Below are positions 24,252-38,344 of a stretch of 64,000 nt of DNA, piece after piece. The notes under the pieces are model-generated. The model did no database searches. It was given only the letters and a program-made list of their open reading frames with translations, and was not told the DNA's origin. Numbering within the stretch: the first letter of the stretch is position 1; the number at the start of each line of letters is the position of its first letter. The stretch is from Massalongia carnosa (taxonomy: Eukaryota). The stretch lies in the NCBI GenBank assembly GCA_965645245.1, contig OZ287068.1:992001-1056000 (forward strand). Reading direction: 5' to 3'. The position numbers and the translations under genes are program-made.

Positions 24252-27228
24252 GAAGTTTCATAGTTTGGATGAAGGCGTACATCTGAAGCATAGATTGAGT
24301 GAACTTCTGGTCCAAGTTCTAGTTAAAATAAAGAGCCGTGCGCTAGAACCATTGAGTAAGCCGTGATAAGCATAAAAAACTCAGAGAAAGCAACGATCAG
24401 AAATAATGAGGACGTTTATTCGGAACCTTCAATGGATGCATGAGGCGCGCCTATCAGAAAGATTCGAAATAATCTAAACAGATTTCTCAATGTAAGCGTT
24501 GAGATGAACTGAATTTCGCAAATGATGATTAATCTTTCAAACCTACAGATATGGGCATATATGTCGAAGACAGGACTACCCGCGAAAATGATATGTACCG
24601 AATCTATCCAAGTAATCAGCATCACAGCCACTCTGGGAGATTGGTCTAATCCAATGTTCCAACTTGTAACTACTTCCACTCATACTCTGTCTACTCTCAC
24701 TTACTTCCTATCCCACTATCACAGAACATAGAAACAGTCCGGCTGTTGTATAGTTACCCCTTTAAAATCGTTGGTTCATGATAGGTAACCCCCATGCTGG
24801 CAGCTTTAAGGTACAACCTGCATAGACTCTGTAAAGGCAATAGTATCCTACATGCAGATGGCACAAGAATCGTGGCAAATAGGCTTTTCAGATCAGCATT
24901 GGAAGTTGGAGCGGTAATCTCATAATCTGTTGTCCAGAAGGCGTATACGCTTTCACGAAGATTAAGCTTAAATCTCGTTTCCGGAATATGAACAAAGATT
25001 TGCGCGCTCCGATACCTGCCTGCGCCAGCAAGCAGCTATATGGAAGGAATGCGGACGAGCTGATTTTATGGACAGCCCATCGACACATTGAAACTCATTC
25101 TCCGCCACAAGTTCCGTGCCGGCTGGAACTTGAGATAGCCTGTACAGTCTCAGAGTAAAAAAACGACAGAATGAACAAGGGGCAGTTTTTTCAATAGCCC
25201 ACACACAAAGGGTTTTAACGGATGAGAAACAAGGGTTTGGAGTTTATGAAGCAAAACATTGCAGATAATGTGAAATAGTTATCAAACGGCCAAGTGCTTC
25301 TGTCGTTGTGTGTTGTAATATGAGAAACATCAGCAGCTCCGAGATTATCATCAGGTACCGAGAACTCGAAACATTGACACATCCATACATTGACGGATTT
25401 GGCTTTCTTCGTTGCAACATAGCTCATAGGTATACAACCATTTGGTATTTCCAACTAGATTACGTGAATTGCTCCTCACCACCTTTTCATATTCCTTCTT
25501 TTGTATCTAGTATGCATACATTCCTCCGCCGGGGATTTCCGGGTTTTATAGAACAAACAGCTTGAGTCGATGGCCATATAAACCAGACAAGACTTTAGGA
25601 AAATCGTCATGGTCTTACAAACAACTACACAAGTGTACAAAGTTCCGGAAAGCTCTTCATGGGTGCGGAGTATTCGTCCTTGAACTTTGCATAAAGTGGT
25701 GAGCAGTAATCACCGTGCCACTACAGGCTGAAGGAAAAATTCAACACACCTCCTTCTTGGGCCTAAAGACATGATTTATATATTACGTACTCGGTATAAC
25801 AGTTGAGCGGTTGATACAACTCAGCTAGTGAATACAGATACTAGTTCGCCACGGCTTAGTGAAATCCTCGTTCTCAGGTTGTGTCCATAATGACAACAAG
25901 TCGATCCGCTATTAGACGTGTTCTGTACATTAGTGGAGCATAAATCCTTGGACGTCCCCGCCATAGTCCTCGGAGATTAGAAGGTTTCGCCCTGCAAAGC
26001 TGGTTTTCTGCAGTAGGGCTAGTAATCTTCCATGCAGCCAAGTAGAAACCGGTCAATTTAGAGAACGAGTACTCCGCCAGCATAGCATTTCATGTTCTTT
26101 CGAACAACTCAGGCTTCTCGCTCAGCACGACACTTTATTTAAGAAGCTTGATCAACATGTCCGTAGTGAAAGAAATGACACGGATGATGTCACCCAGGGG
26201 AAGCTTAGGGATGCTTGAAAGTGGAAAGTGGAAAGCGGAATCGAACCAAGCTGAACGGATAAGTTACGCTAAGATACGCTAAGGAAGATTTGAACCTCTT
26301 CGGCCGAGGATTGAGCCCCTCTTTTGATCTGTGGGTCTTGCCATTACCCTTGTATGGTCGCATTCTGTGGACCTGCATGCGGAACAGCGGAGCTATCGTG
26401 CCTTCTTCCGGATGTCTAGCGTCTACAGAAAACACCCAATCAATATACTCTCTCTGTTCAATCACGTTACTCTGGATCGACAGTACATGGCTGAACAGTC
26501 ATTACTCTGTACTCCCTACTCAGGAAAACCAGCTGTATTATCGATTGATTATTTGGTTACCTTGCATTGTAGCGAAATGAGAATGCGAATATCCCACTCC
26601 AATGACGATGATGGGATGATACAGCATACAGCGTACAGAATAGGTATGCTCCGAACCTTTTCTAGTGATCACAACCTCGTGACTGGGAAGCTAAAAATCG
26701 CTCCCTCCAATGATCGGGTTGCGTACATCCAACTTCAAACTACAACCAAAACAAAAGGCCCATTTAGGCCACACTAGCCATGAATAGTTAGCATGGTTGA
26801 GCCGCCCCTTTGATGGGAATTTCACGCTCATTGGAGGAACTGCGCTAAGTAAGCAAAACTTTGCACGCTCTCACTTTCTCCACTGATGATACCGAGAACT
26901 ACAATCTACTCCTTACCGTAGATTGTCCCCGCTCACAACGGTCGCTTCTCGTGGCCATCCATTCCCTATCGACTCCCCCAACAGCTTGGGAAAAGACGCT
27001 CGTTTGCTCTCACCTAAGCCGCTCTTTACTTTCTAATCCCCTAAAGCTTGAGTTCTTTTGGTCTTCGCTCTTTCGACCTTCAACAACCTGATCGTCGCGC
27101 CGTAATAAATAATTTAAAAGACCCTTCCGAGGAGACGCGATGAGCACAAGCATTGCCTAACGGTGACCTTTCACTGGCCTGCTTGTCCAGTCCTCACCCG
27201 AGGCGCTCGACTATCTCTTTCGATCAAT

Positions 27229-29577
27229 ATGGTACGAAGACATCATGGGCGTGCTGCATTCCACCTTGAACACACGTCACCGCAGCCTTCGCCTTTGGCG
27301 TACGTGATTGCTCAGCTACCGAATCTTTCAAAAAGGGGTTCTTCAGATAGCTCGTCAACATCGTCAAATACCTGTAGCAAAAATGACAAATCGGTCCAAT
27401 GTGCAACCCCAAACGAGTCAAATAACATTACCCTACCGATCGTGTTAGGCATTGTGTATGCTACTCTCTGCTATAAGGACACCAAGAGCATGGCTAACGT
27501 TCTGTCCTAGCATACCCTTGGTCGCAGCAATATTGGTTTTCATATACCTTCACCGCAAGCATGTGAAGAAGCTCCGCCGAGAAGACGCCAACGATCCCCA
27601 CAAGTCGTTGGATTTCGGGATTGAATCGTCAAATGCAGCCGCCAGTGGCCGGAAAAACGGCAGGGACAACGTTTCAGAAACGACGATGACTGGTCTTGGC
27701 ATGGAGAAACCCTCGCGCCGGGGACACGGCATGTCAGTGGACTTGGGAAGTCCGTATCTACTGCCGCCAGGGTTACAAAACTCGCGCGAATCGTTGCACT
27801 CCTTGTCAAGAACCATACAGGGTGGAGATGATCGATATCAACCAGCCACATCGCTTGTCTCCTCCACTTCAACGTCCCCGCATGCATACCCAAGGTCTGC
27901 AGGAGGCGCTGACGATACGTCAAGCTATGCTGAATCTGGCTTCAGCGGACGAGGAAATAGGAATGACAGCATGAATCAAAACCTGCTGGCCAATGCTCAG
28001 GGAATGTCGAGAACCATTCCTCCCCAGCGTTCTCCCTCAAATGATCAAGCTAATGCTCCTGAAACTCGGACGGTGGAAGCACAATCACCTGTTATGGACA
28101 ATTCGACTCCTGCTAATGGAACTACAACGGGTCTCTCCCCTGCTGCACCGTTAGATTCTCGAGGCTCATACTTGGGTAAAGACAACGCTGAAATTCGCAA
28201 AAGCAACAACTACTTGGGGCACTTAATTCACAGCAGAGAATCTTCAGCGGATCATACCTCCCAGCATCATAACCCTGCAGCAAGAAGTGCGCCCCTGGAT
28301 AGTTCCCCTTCAGTCATCCCATCGCCAGCTGTCAACCCCAAATTTCCTACGGCCAGCCCAACGACAGAAGCTTCCCGGCCTCCCAGGCTACAGTCCTTGA
28401 ACGCTTCCACGGAACCATTGTACGATGGCGAATTCACGGATGACGCTAGCGACTACGGTGAATCTTTCAAAGTGACACCTCCGTCGTCTATCCAGGTCAG
28501 AAAAGTTCCCCAGAACAGCGCCGCTGCAAAAACAGCCCAAGTAGCGAAGCTTGGGGGCGAAGATTACACACTTAACGAGGGTGATGAGTATACGCTTAGT
28601 GGGGTAAATACACCTCCAATGGGTCCTGACGTTCGAAGACTGTCGAGGGGGGTTCGGCCTCTTCCCCCAGATGATTCTACCGATAATCCAGAACAAAGGG
28701 CGAACAGGATCCGATCATTTTACAAGGAGTATTTTGATGAGTCAAAACCAGTTCCAGCATCCGCGCCCACAGATACATATGTTGAGGATTACGATCATGG
28801 ATATCTCGGGGATGGCGCCATTTTCAATCCCGCTTCGGGCCAGTTTGTTGTTGCTCAGCCTCAGTTCACCGAACCCTTTGCCCGACGAGCCATGACACCG
28901 CCACCTCGCGCTCCTCCCCGTTTCCAAGGCCCTGCTCGCCACCATGCTACCTTGTCCGGGAGTCATTTCGGGCCTCCAGGGTCTCGGGCATTTTCATCTG
29001 CTTCCGGTTATATGGATCCCTCTCGCCGCGGCCCTCCTAAAGCAGCATTGCCTCCTCCAGGGCCTCTTCGGGTGCTTCCTACACCTCATCTGTTGATGGA
29101 AGATTCGTTTGCTTTGCCAATTGACTTTGCCCCCCCAACTTCGTACAAAGATCGTCAAGCCGGCCGACCAGAAAGCCCTCGAGGAGGCATGCGCCCGTAT
29201 TCGCCAATGTTACCAGCTCACTTGCCGCTCGCTTCCTCCTTTGATGATTTATCTGTCATGCCTAGCCCGTAAGTCTCTCGAAGCCCAACTCCTGTGATCG
29301 AAATTTGAGGCATGCTGACAATTTGCTCAGTCACTTGTTACGAAAATCTAGCACCTTCACCGCTCTCGATTTTGCACCTCCTCCTCGCTTCAGGAGCAAC
29401 GATACAGCCTCCGACGCTGGTAGCATCCGCAGCAACCGTAGCGCCATGTCCGCGCAGCAGTTGCAAAGCATTCGCGCTGGAGCGTATCGTGTTAGCAGAA
29501 TACCGAAAGAAGTTGTTGGGACGAAGGACGAGATCAACGACAGTTTGAAGCCGCAATGGGGGATGCGCCCCCATTGA
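27229..29577 (+). CDS. Single-pass membrane protein, SKG6/TOS2-like (polarity/cell wall)
   Basis: Short Cys-containing ectodomain (CSKNDKSVQCATP), TM (ITLPIVLGIV|IPLVAAILVFIYL), HRKHVKKLRRED..D, and a long Pro/Ser-rich tail with RANRIRSFYKEYFD. Two introns. Confidence 0.7.
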
Positions 29578-30770
29578 TTTTATTTTTCATCGAGATCCAA
29601 CATCTCTCGCTTTCTTCAACGCTTCCCAAACGACTCCATATTCTCATTCCTCATTCTTAGCATTGACTGGACGGGCATTTTTGGCGAACTCTACATGGGC
29701 TATCACTTAGGTTTTCCTGTGGCTTGGTTGCTGCGCAATCTCCCTACCAGCTATTTGGCTTTGCAGGCCCCGAGAGTTGGGTTTACTGTACAGACTCCTT
29801 TCCGATGTAAAGAAATGTATTTCGTCGTGCCTTTTTCTCTTACCTTGACCTTGTAATATGTACCCTATATACCCTTCGAAACAAAAGTCTCTGAAGTGTA
29901 TTTTCCCGACATATGGAGGAAAAGGCGATGAAATGGGGGGGAGTAAATATATAGACAGTTAAGGCAGGGTTAGCTAACAAAGAGTATGATGTAATCATTT
30001 TTCGATTTGAATCTAATTTGCCTAGTGGAGCGGGTTTGGATGTTGCCTTTTGATAGCAAGGAAGTGAGATAAGCGTTCTTTCTTCCTTTCTTTGGATCAT
30101 GAATGAGGTCCAACCGGGGAACTCCAACCCCCCACCCTTTTTTTCAGGCACAACCAAGCCAGGCATTTCTCGGTTGGTATGGCATGCATGGCATAGACAA
30201 AAACACCGACCATCACCACCAAACCCGAGGACCAGACAACTATCTACCTATTCGTTCCTTTCCGCGCCCTTTTTCCCTCCCTCCCCATCCTAACCCCCCC
30301 CCCCCTTTTTTTTTCTATTCATTCGTTCGTACGTTCATTCGTTCATCCTCCATCAAATTGGACTTCGTTTTTGATTGATGACCCTTTTTTCTGTTTTTTT
30401 TTTTTCTTTTCTTTTCTCTCTTCCCCCTCCCTTCCCTGCCTGGCCTTTTCCCTTTTGGCATTTACGGTATTTCCACCCTATATGCATGCCATGCGTTTGC
30501 TCGGGTATGTGCGGTTTTGGGGGGCGTTTGGGTCTGACTTGTTTTTTTTTTGGTTCGTTGGAGGAAGAAGGGTGGGAAGAGATTAAGAGGGGGAGAGAGA
30601 GAGAATAGGGGGGGAAAGGTAGAGAGGAGCTTTCTTTATGTTACAAGACCAGACAGGGGAGAAGGAAATTAAAGTCACAGAGGAGGGTATGGGGCTGTGT
30701 ATTTGTTTTATTGGCTTTTCTTCTTTCGATTCCACGGTCGCTATGTCCTATCAATTACCTCCTTTCCCCT

Positions 30771-31914
30771 TTACATGAAATCATCCTCGTCCCATCCGAC
30801 CATTCGCTCCTCTTTCTCGTCCACTCTCATCAACTCCTCCAGCGCATGTTCCCTTTGCCATTTCTCTTCCTTCCGTTCCCTCGCCACACGCTCTTCCTCT
30901 TTGCGCTCCTCCCGTTTCTTAGCCGTGGTTTGTGCCCGGAGCGCTGCGAGGTGGGATTCTTTGAGGGCGGGGAGGTCGGAGGTGGGAAGGATGGTGCGGG
31001 TTTTTTGGAGACGGTTGATTGTTGGGTTAAGGCGGTGGGGAAGGAGGATGTAGCGAGTCTTGATGTTTGAGGAGGGGTTTTTAGTGGTTGGGTAGGATAG
31101 AGAGGAGAAGGAAGGAAGGAAGTTAGGAAGGGACGGGAGTGGAGGGGGCCCGGAACTACCTTTCTGGGGTCGTGGAAGCCGACTTGGCCAATGGCCATGG
31201 ACGCGTTTTTGTGCAGGTTCGACCATGGGGTGTAAATTATCTTGACATTGTCTTGTTTGTTGCCTAGTTCGTTTAATGGGACTAGAGCGTAAGCGCATCT
31301 TCGATTTCGGACGTATCTGCCTTCCACGTAACAGGATGAAAAGGGGGCGGGGGTTGGTTGGAATGTAAAGGTAGGTTCTAAAAAGAAAGGTGGGAGGGGA
31401 AGGAGCAACCTTCGATAGAATTGGCCTTTGTGAGTTGCGCGCAGTCCTCAATCAATGCGGCCGGGAGTGAGTCCCATGTTTGGTCCTTTGTGAGGCGGAG
31501 GTAGACGTGGGCGCTCGAAAGGTTGTCGGCATGGAACTGAGCCGTGTCGGAGTTAATCAATCATGGTTGGTTCTTCTCATCTAATACCTCCTTGATATTT
31601 TCGCGCAATGTCCCTAGGGAGGTGATAACTCGTATAAGAGGAATTGATAATTTAACGTACCCTAGACAAAGCAGGTTCAGTATTCGGGCAAAGAGGCAGG
31701 TTGAATGCTTCGTATAGCTGCGATACCATACATCCTCTTCCCATCCGTATTTGATCAACTCTTCATCTAGAGAGCGCTTTAGTTGGAAGATGGAAGGCAG
31801 TGCCGCTAGGACGAGAATGGTAAGAGCTGTGAAAGACCCACTTTCGAATTTGTCTTTGCCGACGTAGACGATGGCTGGCGGGTCCACGACGTTGGAAGTG
31901 AAGAAGTACACCAT
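30771..31914 (-). CDS. CCDC25/DUF814 (NFACT-R domain, Jlp2-like) protein
   Basis: [53 protein letters not shown]...[29 protein letters not shown]...GQVGFHD; charged coiled-coil tail ending DEDDFM. Model includes a 1-nt exon at 31661. Confidence 0.92.
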
Positions 31915-32463
31915 TGCTAGTGAGATGGTGGACAGATAGGTATGGGTGGTTGTTGATGTGGCAGCAAGGAAGAAAGATACTTTGTAAAATTCACTAATTA
32001 GGGCTATGGAGTGTGCACAGTCTCCAATTTACTTAGCGAGCTTGTTTAGAAACACCTGACCTTGTCCTCAGGATCCAAAGTAACCTCTACGGTATGATTG
32101 AAAAAATTTCGGCAAGAAAGCATGAATTCCTAAAGGCTTTCTGTTCAATTTGCATTGGGAATTCTTTACTAATGGACGAGACAGCGAATACCTACAAAGA
32201 CCTGATGACCCAAGCGCCTTCATAGAAGTGTCACAGAAGACAATCCCACAATCTGAAGTGTCCCATGCTATCCTGATGAAGTCGTCGGAACGTGAAACAT
32301 TTGACAGCCCTTAGGCAGAGAGGTAACCGATCCTTGAAACACTAACTCTGATAAGAAATCGCCGAAACGCTGAAAATTCCTCCCTTGAATTCCATGGAGA
32401 AATATGTACAAGTATGGAGAATGGAGCGCCTCGACGTAATTGAAGGAGGCGTGCGTGGTGGGC

Positions 32464-34148
32464 TCATGGTGTGTCGGGGATCTTGTTAATCTGTTTCTTA
32501 ACAAATTCGAAGGAGGAGAAGAAGATAGTATTAATAACACAAGATCGAGCCATAGAGACTCCGAGGCCTACAACATTTGACTCGTCAGCCAAACACTTCG
32601 GACCTGCTATAGGCTGATGAAGAAGAAAAGCCTGGATAAGGGGGCAGACCTCGATACATCTTACGGTCGAAAAATCGAATGTTTGGCAAAGGAACAGGTT
32701 GACCTTTTGCCTTGGTCAAACAGTTCCGCTGATAATGGGTTTTCGCGGAGTCAATTGGGTAAATCTATACATTTATGTGTTAGCATTAATGATCTAGCGA
32801 CTTATCGTTGCTCTATAGGCGTAGTGACTTACGCATGCCCAGGAGACTAGCCCGCAGAGTCCACCTGCCACGGCCACGGAAAGAGGAGAAGTGGGAGAAG
32901 AGCTGCCTTGGAATTTTACGAGTAGCTGCTTACCACTCTCGTACGTTGTGAAATAAATAGCCGTGCCAATAGTATCCCTTACTACAACCAGAGGATCAAT
33001 ATGGAGATTTGGTGGACAATGCATAAACAGTACGGAACTTACGAAGATGGTAGTTGAAACCCGAGTATAACCCCCCAATGCCGCGATGCAATACAATGTT
33101 CTTCGCAGTCCGAAATGTACCCTTTTGTTGATAGCTACGTCGAACGGGATCGTCTACGCTAGAAGTGTTACTCTTCGCCATCAAGACCGAGATCTGTGCC
33201 GAAAGTTTTGTCAACTCAAAGGGACCTGTGGCTTGATAAGAATTGGTACGTCAGGGTTTGAGGCCTGGCATCTCACATGCAATCACCGTGATGATTGCTC
33301 CCGCGGTACCCCCAGCTGCAGCAAAGCAAGTCACAGTTCCCAAGGTGGGAACACTTCCTGGTCTGTTGACAACCACAAGTGGTTCATCCCTTCCAGTCGC
33401 TTTCCCAATTGCGCCAGAGAGTTTATACTTGGCCTTTTGGTAAATAGAGAACGAGACGGTGCGTACAAGTGTTACGCTGGCTAGAGGGGCCAAGGACCCT
33501 ATGCAATACCAAAGGTATCAGCATTTTACAATGACTTCCCATCACCAAAAAGAAGATTTCTCATCATCGCGATAAGAGTGTGGCTGTGTGTGATGAAGCG
33601 CTATTCAGGCTTGAGTTTGGATATATGATTCTCCAATTCCAGTGCTAGGGACATTTATCGGTCATAGATCATTATAATTCATAAAACGCAGCTTGATTTT
33701 GTGTTCACTCAAGTTGGATTGAACTGTTCCAACGTACCACGCCAAAAGCCTTTGAACCCTTCCGTCCTGTACGTGTGCTGAACACAGCTCGTGAAATGGT
33801 GAAAACGGTATCTATATCAAGACATCAGCCATCCATAGTGAATCAACAAAAGACGAATGACGATGCATACGCTTGCATGCGGGTCTTGACAGAATCCAAA
33901 GGATACTATGAACGGATAAGTCTGTCTGGTGGTATGTAAGTAGAATGACTACCGCTACTCACTGCGATGAATGTTGACAACACGCTGCTAGAGCCAGCAG
34001 CAATTGCGGTTCGATAGTACTTGGCCCAATGTTTTGCCTGCCGTGGGGTTGGAGCCATAGGAGAGACTCTGGACATGTCTGACTTCTCATGCCTGGGCTG
34101 CTTTGGCGGCTCATTATGGTCGTTGCGTCTTGGGTGTAGATCCGTCAT
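32464..34148 (-). CDS. Mitochondrial carrier family protein (SLC25), substrate unknown
   Basis: YPLDSVKTRMQ, PFELTKLSAQ, YPIDSAKT signatures across multiple exons; ends ...FEFVKKQINKIPDTP*. Confidence 0.88.
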
Positions 34149-35272
34149 GATTACATTGGATGGCTGGCTTCCAGCGTTGCAAGAGGTAAGCCCTCAACGC
34201 AGTTGCGATGATTCGGTGTTATCCAGTGATAGTCCATGAAGGTCCACCACAAGTGTTATCTCATTCCGTCGAAGCAAAACGCTCTTGTGGCCAAAGATAG
34301 CAAGGTGAGTAGCAGCACCGTCAAACGGACTCCCGACCTCGAGAAGATAGAGGTCGAGATTGACCGTCAGGTCGGAGAGCTGTAATCTTTCCAGCGGACA
34401 AAGAAAGTCAGGCTTGCGCTTAACAAGGCGGGGTGCATCTATGGCTATGAGTGAGTCTGAAACAAGCGAAGAAATTCAACGCTCTTACAACCTGTTTATC
34501 CATTATTAACAATCTCATAAAAGAATAGCTTGGAGTATCCATTCGCTACAGGATTTCATTCATCGTTAATTGGGATTTCTGTGAGGGCTTTGTTACTGCA
34601 TTCTAAATAGGTGCAGGTATATTGGGACTACTAGAACTTGAAGATTTCACGAACTACTTAGTCTGACCTTGACATAATCGCTATTTGTCATAAACTAAGT
34701 AATAAAATATACTTCAAGGTATGAGCTGATGGATTATTCTTTTCCATCATTGTACCAATGGAATACATCTGTATATCTCCAATCAAGTCTATCAATACTA
34801 ACCAAGTACAGTTCCCCCGATATTCACACAGCCTTTGTTCTCCACAAAAGCGCACAAGCAGACATCTAGCCAACCCATCTAGAAAACCCGACGGAAAGAT
34901 AATTATTTCATAATGAATAATGCTAAAACCCTAGACTCACATATGCTTCTTATATCTTGTCATTGGATATTCAACGTTTTGGTCGAACACAAATGCAAAA
35001 AGAAACTGCCAGCAAAACCAAATTCGAAGGTTTGAGACTAGCATAGGATGCTCTAATCAATTACAATAATCTCCTGATGTGCTTTTCTATCCCGGTTGTT
35101 CGAATTATGATTTGCTAAATTATCTGTCACTTTTCTTGCATTGCCGTGTTCTGTGGACAGAAAGGGAAGTGCTCTGTTGGGATCGTGGGAATCCCGTCCC
35201 ACTCCAGGCCCAAGTTGGATCCTGTAACACAAAACTTTTAGCAAATCTCGCCAATAAATGTTTCCGCAGCGC

Positions 35273-38200
35273 TCAACTTGAAATTTTATCATCGGACGCA
35301 TACCGTTGAACGTTGTTCGCCCATGAGTGTGGTCTCAAGTGGTCTCTTCTAAACGTCTCCTCAACTGGAGTTTGAATATGTTTATTATGGACGTTTTGAT
35401 AGCCTGAGACCGGCATCTGCCGATTTGGTTGTTCCTTAGATATCATACGTGATCGTGGTTCGGATAGATGTGATCCTGCGCCATCAGGTATCAAATGCCT
35501 GCTGTTACTTATTCCTCTTAAAAGTATGCCTGTCCGCGGTCTATCATAAGCCTGAATGTCAACCCAACCTTCAGGAGGGGGCCCATAAGCATTCTGAGCG
35601 CCATTAAGACCTCCTTGATGAACTTGTGAATGTTGTTTATAATACTCGGTTCCGGTTGCTAGATCTGCGAGGTTGACCTGTTCAGTAGAGCTTAGAGCGC
35701 TCAAGTTGTAAACGTCAATTCCACTTGAATTCACATCTTGGCGAAAATTTTGTACACTATTATCATTCACTAGGCCGTAGGGCCTGGACCCGGGCAATGT
35801 AGGATATTTGTTTTCTGAAGCATGAGAATAAGGGAAAGACTGAGAAAAATCAACTGAGCCATGCGTAGGATTGAGAAAGATTTGGCGTTGCTTCTTGGAG
35901 CTTGCAGGCGCAAGTGGAACTTGAAAGTGCTCATGATGCGCTGGTTCACCTAGATCGTAATCGTTCAGACGCGGTTGGTGCTGGATAGCATCCACGCGGG
36001 TGCGAGATATGAGCCCAAGTCTTTGCCTTTCTGGATACGATTGCGTATCCATAGGATAAAGAACCATTGAGCGTTCATCACCCGCAAACGGAGAAAAACT
36101 AGGCTCGGATGTAGCTTCGATCCGGTTCTGACTTGAGCTATAACACCCATCCTTGGGCTTCTGAGAAATAATACGAGCTCTTTCTCGGTAAGAGTCAGAA
36201 TGAGTCTGTCGTGTTGCCAGCGGGGAAAGCAACACTACATCATTAGGCCGGTCGTGTTTGGCAACATAAGATTCCATGTTATCATCATCAAGTTTGATGG
36301 TTTGAGGAGCATGTTCTCCCGGGTGGGTAAAAGCAGTGGGATCATAAGTATGCTTTGGAGTTTGCTCAATAATAACAAAAGGAGGACGCTGTCGATGATT
36401 CACATCTCGAGGCTTACCTTCCACGGAGGGAAATATTCTCTCGCGCTCACGGGATAGGTAGCCGACTCGTGGGTCATGAACACCAGCTTGCAGACCTTGC
36501 GGAGAACTTAAAACTGTTACAGGATTTCGATGTTCCTCTATCGGTACGGTGTCCGGTTTGATATAGGGATAGCTGTGAAAAGAATGATAGTTATCTTTTT
36601 GTTGATTGGAGACTGTAAGGTTATTCTGATTATGGCCAAAAAAGTGTGAACGATGTTGAAAGGGTATAGAAACCTGTCTTTGGTCAGCAAAGTCCAGAAT
36701 CACAGGCACTTCGTTAGTGTAATTATGAGCGGGCCCTTTGTAAGATACATCTTTAAGGGAGAAAGTACTCACCTGCCCTGAGTTGGAGGAATCTTCATGT
36801 AGGGGTCCGCTTCTAGTATCCATTGCTTCGTCAGCAATGCTATCATCTCGAAAGATCGGCACTATTCGGGAGCGTGAAATTCTTTGTGATTGCAGATGAC
36901 CTCTATGATCGATAGAACCAAGCCAATGCGAGGCGCTTTCTCGCCCTTGCAAATGTAGTGCAGGTCTACTGTTAAACCTTGTCTCTTCGTGATGCAGCAT
37001 AGAATCCTTATTTGCTGTTAATACCGACACTTGATTCATACGGCGACGCTGAAGAGCCTCTTGCCAACGACGATGATGAACACTAATACGATCCAGTTGG
37101 GATGAAATATTTTGGAACCGCTGCACATGGGACTGGTTTGAGTCGTATGTAGGTTGAAAATTACTTCTCAATTCACCGTCTTCCGAAGCAACCCGCCCAG
37201 AAAGGTTGCAGTTGAGCGATTGCATTTGGTCTTCAAGAGAAGTATACCTTGGTATAGTCTCCACACTATCACTACGAAGACGGTGATTTTGGTTAGTTGG
37301 AGCAATTTTACAGTTATCCTGGTCTTGATCCTCCTCATCGTCATCAAGAATGATAACTTCACGGAGAATCTCTTCCATAGCATTAGGGTCGTCATCGTCA
37401 TCGTTACGCCATTGAACCAGTTGATCCAGGCAGGCCTTTTCAACTTGTTCTCTTGCGTCTTGCCAACTGCCAACTTTCAAAAGAGTATCGTAATTCGTGT
37501 AGATATGCCGAATATGCGCAACCACGGCCAACTGCACACGACGCGGTAATGTTAACTCAGCGGCTGTACCTACCCGATCTTTCCCCTGGAGAACTTTAGC
37601 ATTATTATATCATATTCAAGATTTTTCAAACCTTCTGAAAAGCACGACATATAATGTCATGAAGATCCTTCTCTGGAATTTTAGGGAAAAGGTCTCTAAT
37701 TGCTTCTCGAGCTTGAGTATCCAGCGTAGCTTGTGATATGTCGTCCTTTGGTGCAACGGTTGTACGTACACGACGAGTCCTTTTTTTCTTCGTAGGGGGC
37801 AAACGCTGTTGCATCGAAGAAAATTTTCCATCGCTTGTCAACACCTGACCAGACTGAGATAATGATACCCCAAGGCTCATACACGCCTTCTCTACGACAA
37901 GACTAGGAAAATGATATCCAATCCGGTGTACTTCATGGGATAAATTGGTGTTGTGCCTATGTTTACTATCCTTGTTCAAATCAGTATTGGCTGTTAGGAT
38001 CACTAAAAATACACACCGAAACAATATAGACCCGTAACCCATCCTCTCTTGCCAACTCTTTGCAACGACTTGTAATTTGGGGGTCTCCAGCTGGAATAAA
38101 TGTATACCCTGGAGGAGCCTTCTGACTGAGGGATAGCTAGCAGAGAAGTGTTTGTATCAACGACCAATCTATACAAACCGACATATTGCCAGCAACTTAC

Positions 38201-38344
38201 AACAGTAACAAGCTTCCTCTTTTTCTCTGTGACCTGTTCAAACACAACTTTATAGGGGGCTTTAGTTTTCTTCTCAAGAACTCTGGAGTGACGCGAGGCC
38301 CCCGCAGCTGTAGATGGGGCACGTAGCCGATGAACTCGTGCCAT
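35273..38344 (-). CDS. DUF2293-domain protein with long low-complexity C-terminus
   Basis: PPGYTFIPAGDPQITSRCKE, HRIGYHFP, REAIRDLFPKIP, RVGTA.EL.L.RRVQLAVVAHIRHIYTNYDTLLK. Confidence 0.82.

Noticed and set aside
30280..30700. Short ORFs and homopolymer runs between the SKG6-like and CCDC25 genes (also 57730-58700)
   Set aside because: Low-complexity purine/pyrimidine-skewed 3'UTR or intergenic sequence; the ORFs are compositional artefacts.
31537..31726. Stwintron (intron nested inside a donor or acceptor) as the explanation of the CCDC25 junction
   Set aside because: After removal of either intron the G must stay in the mRNA to form TGG, so it is exonic rather than part of a reconstituted splice site.
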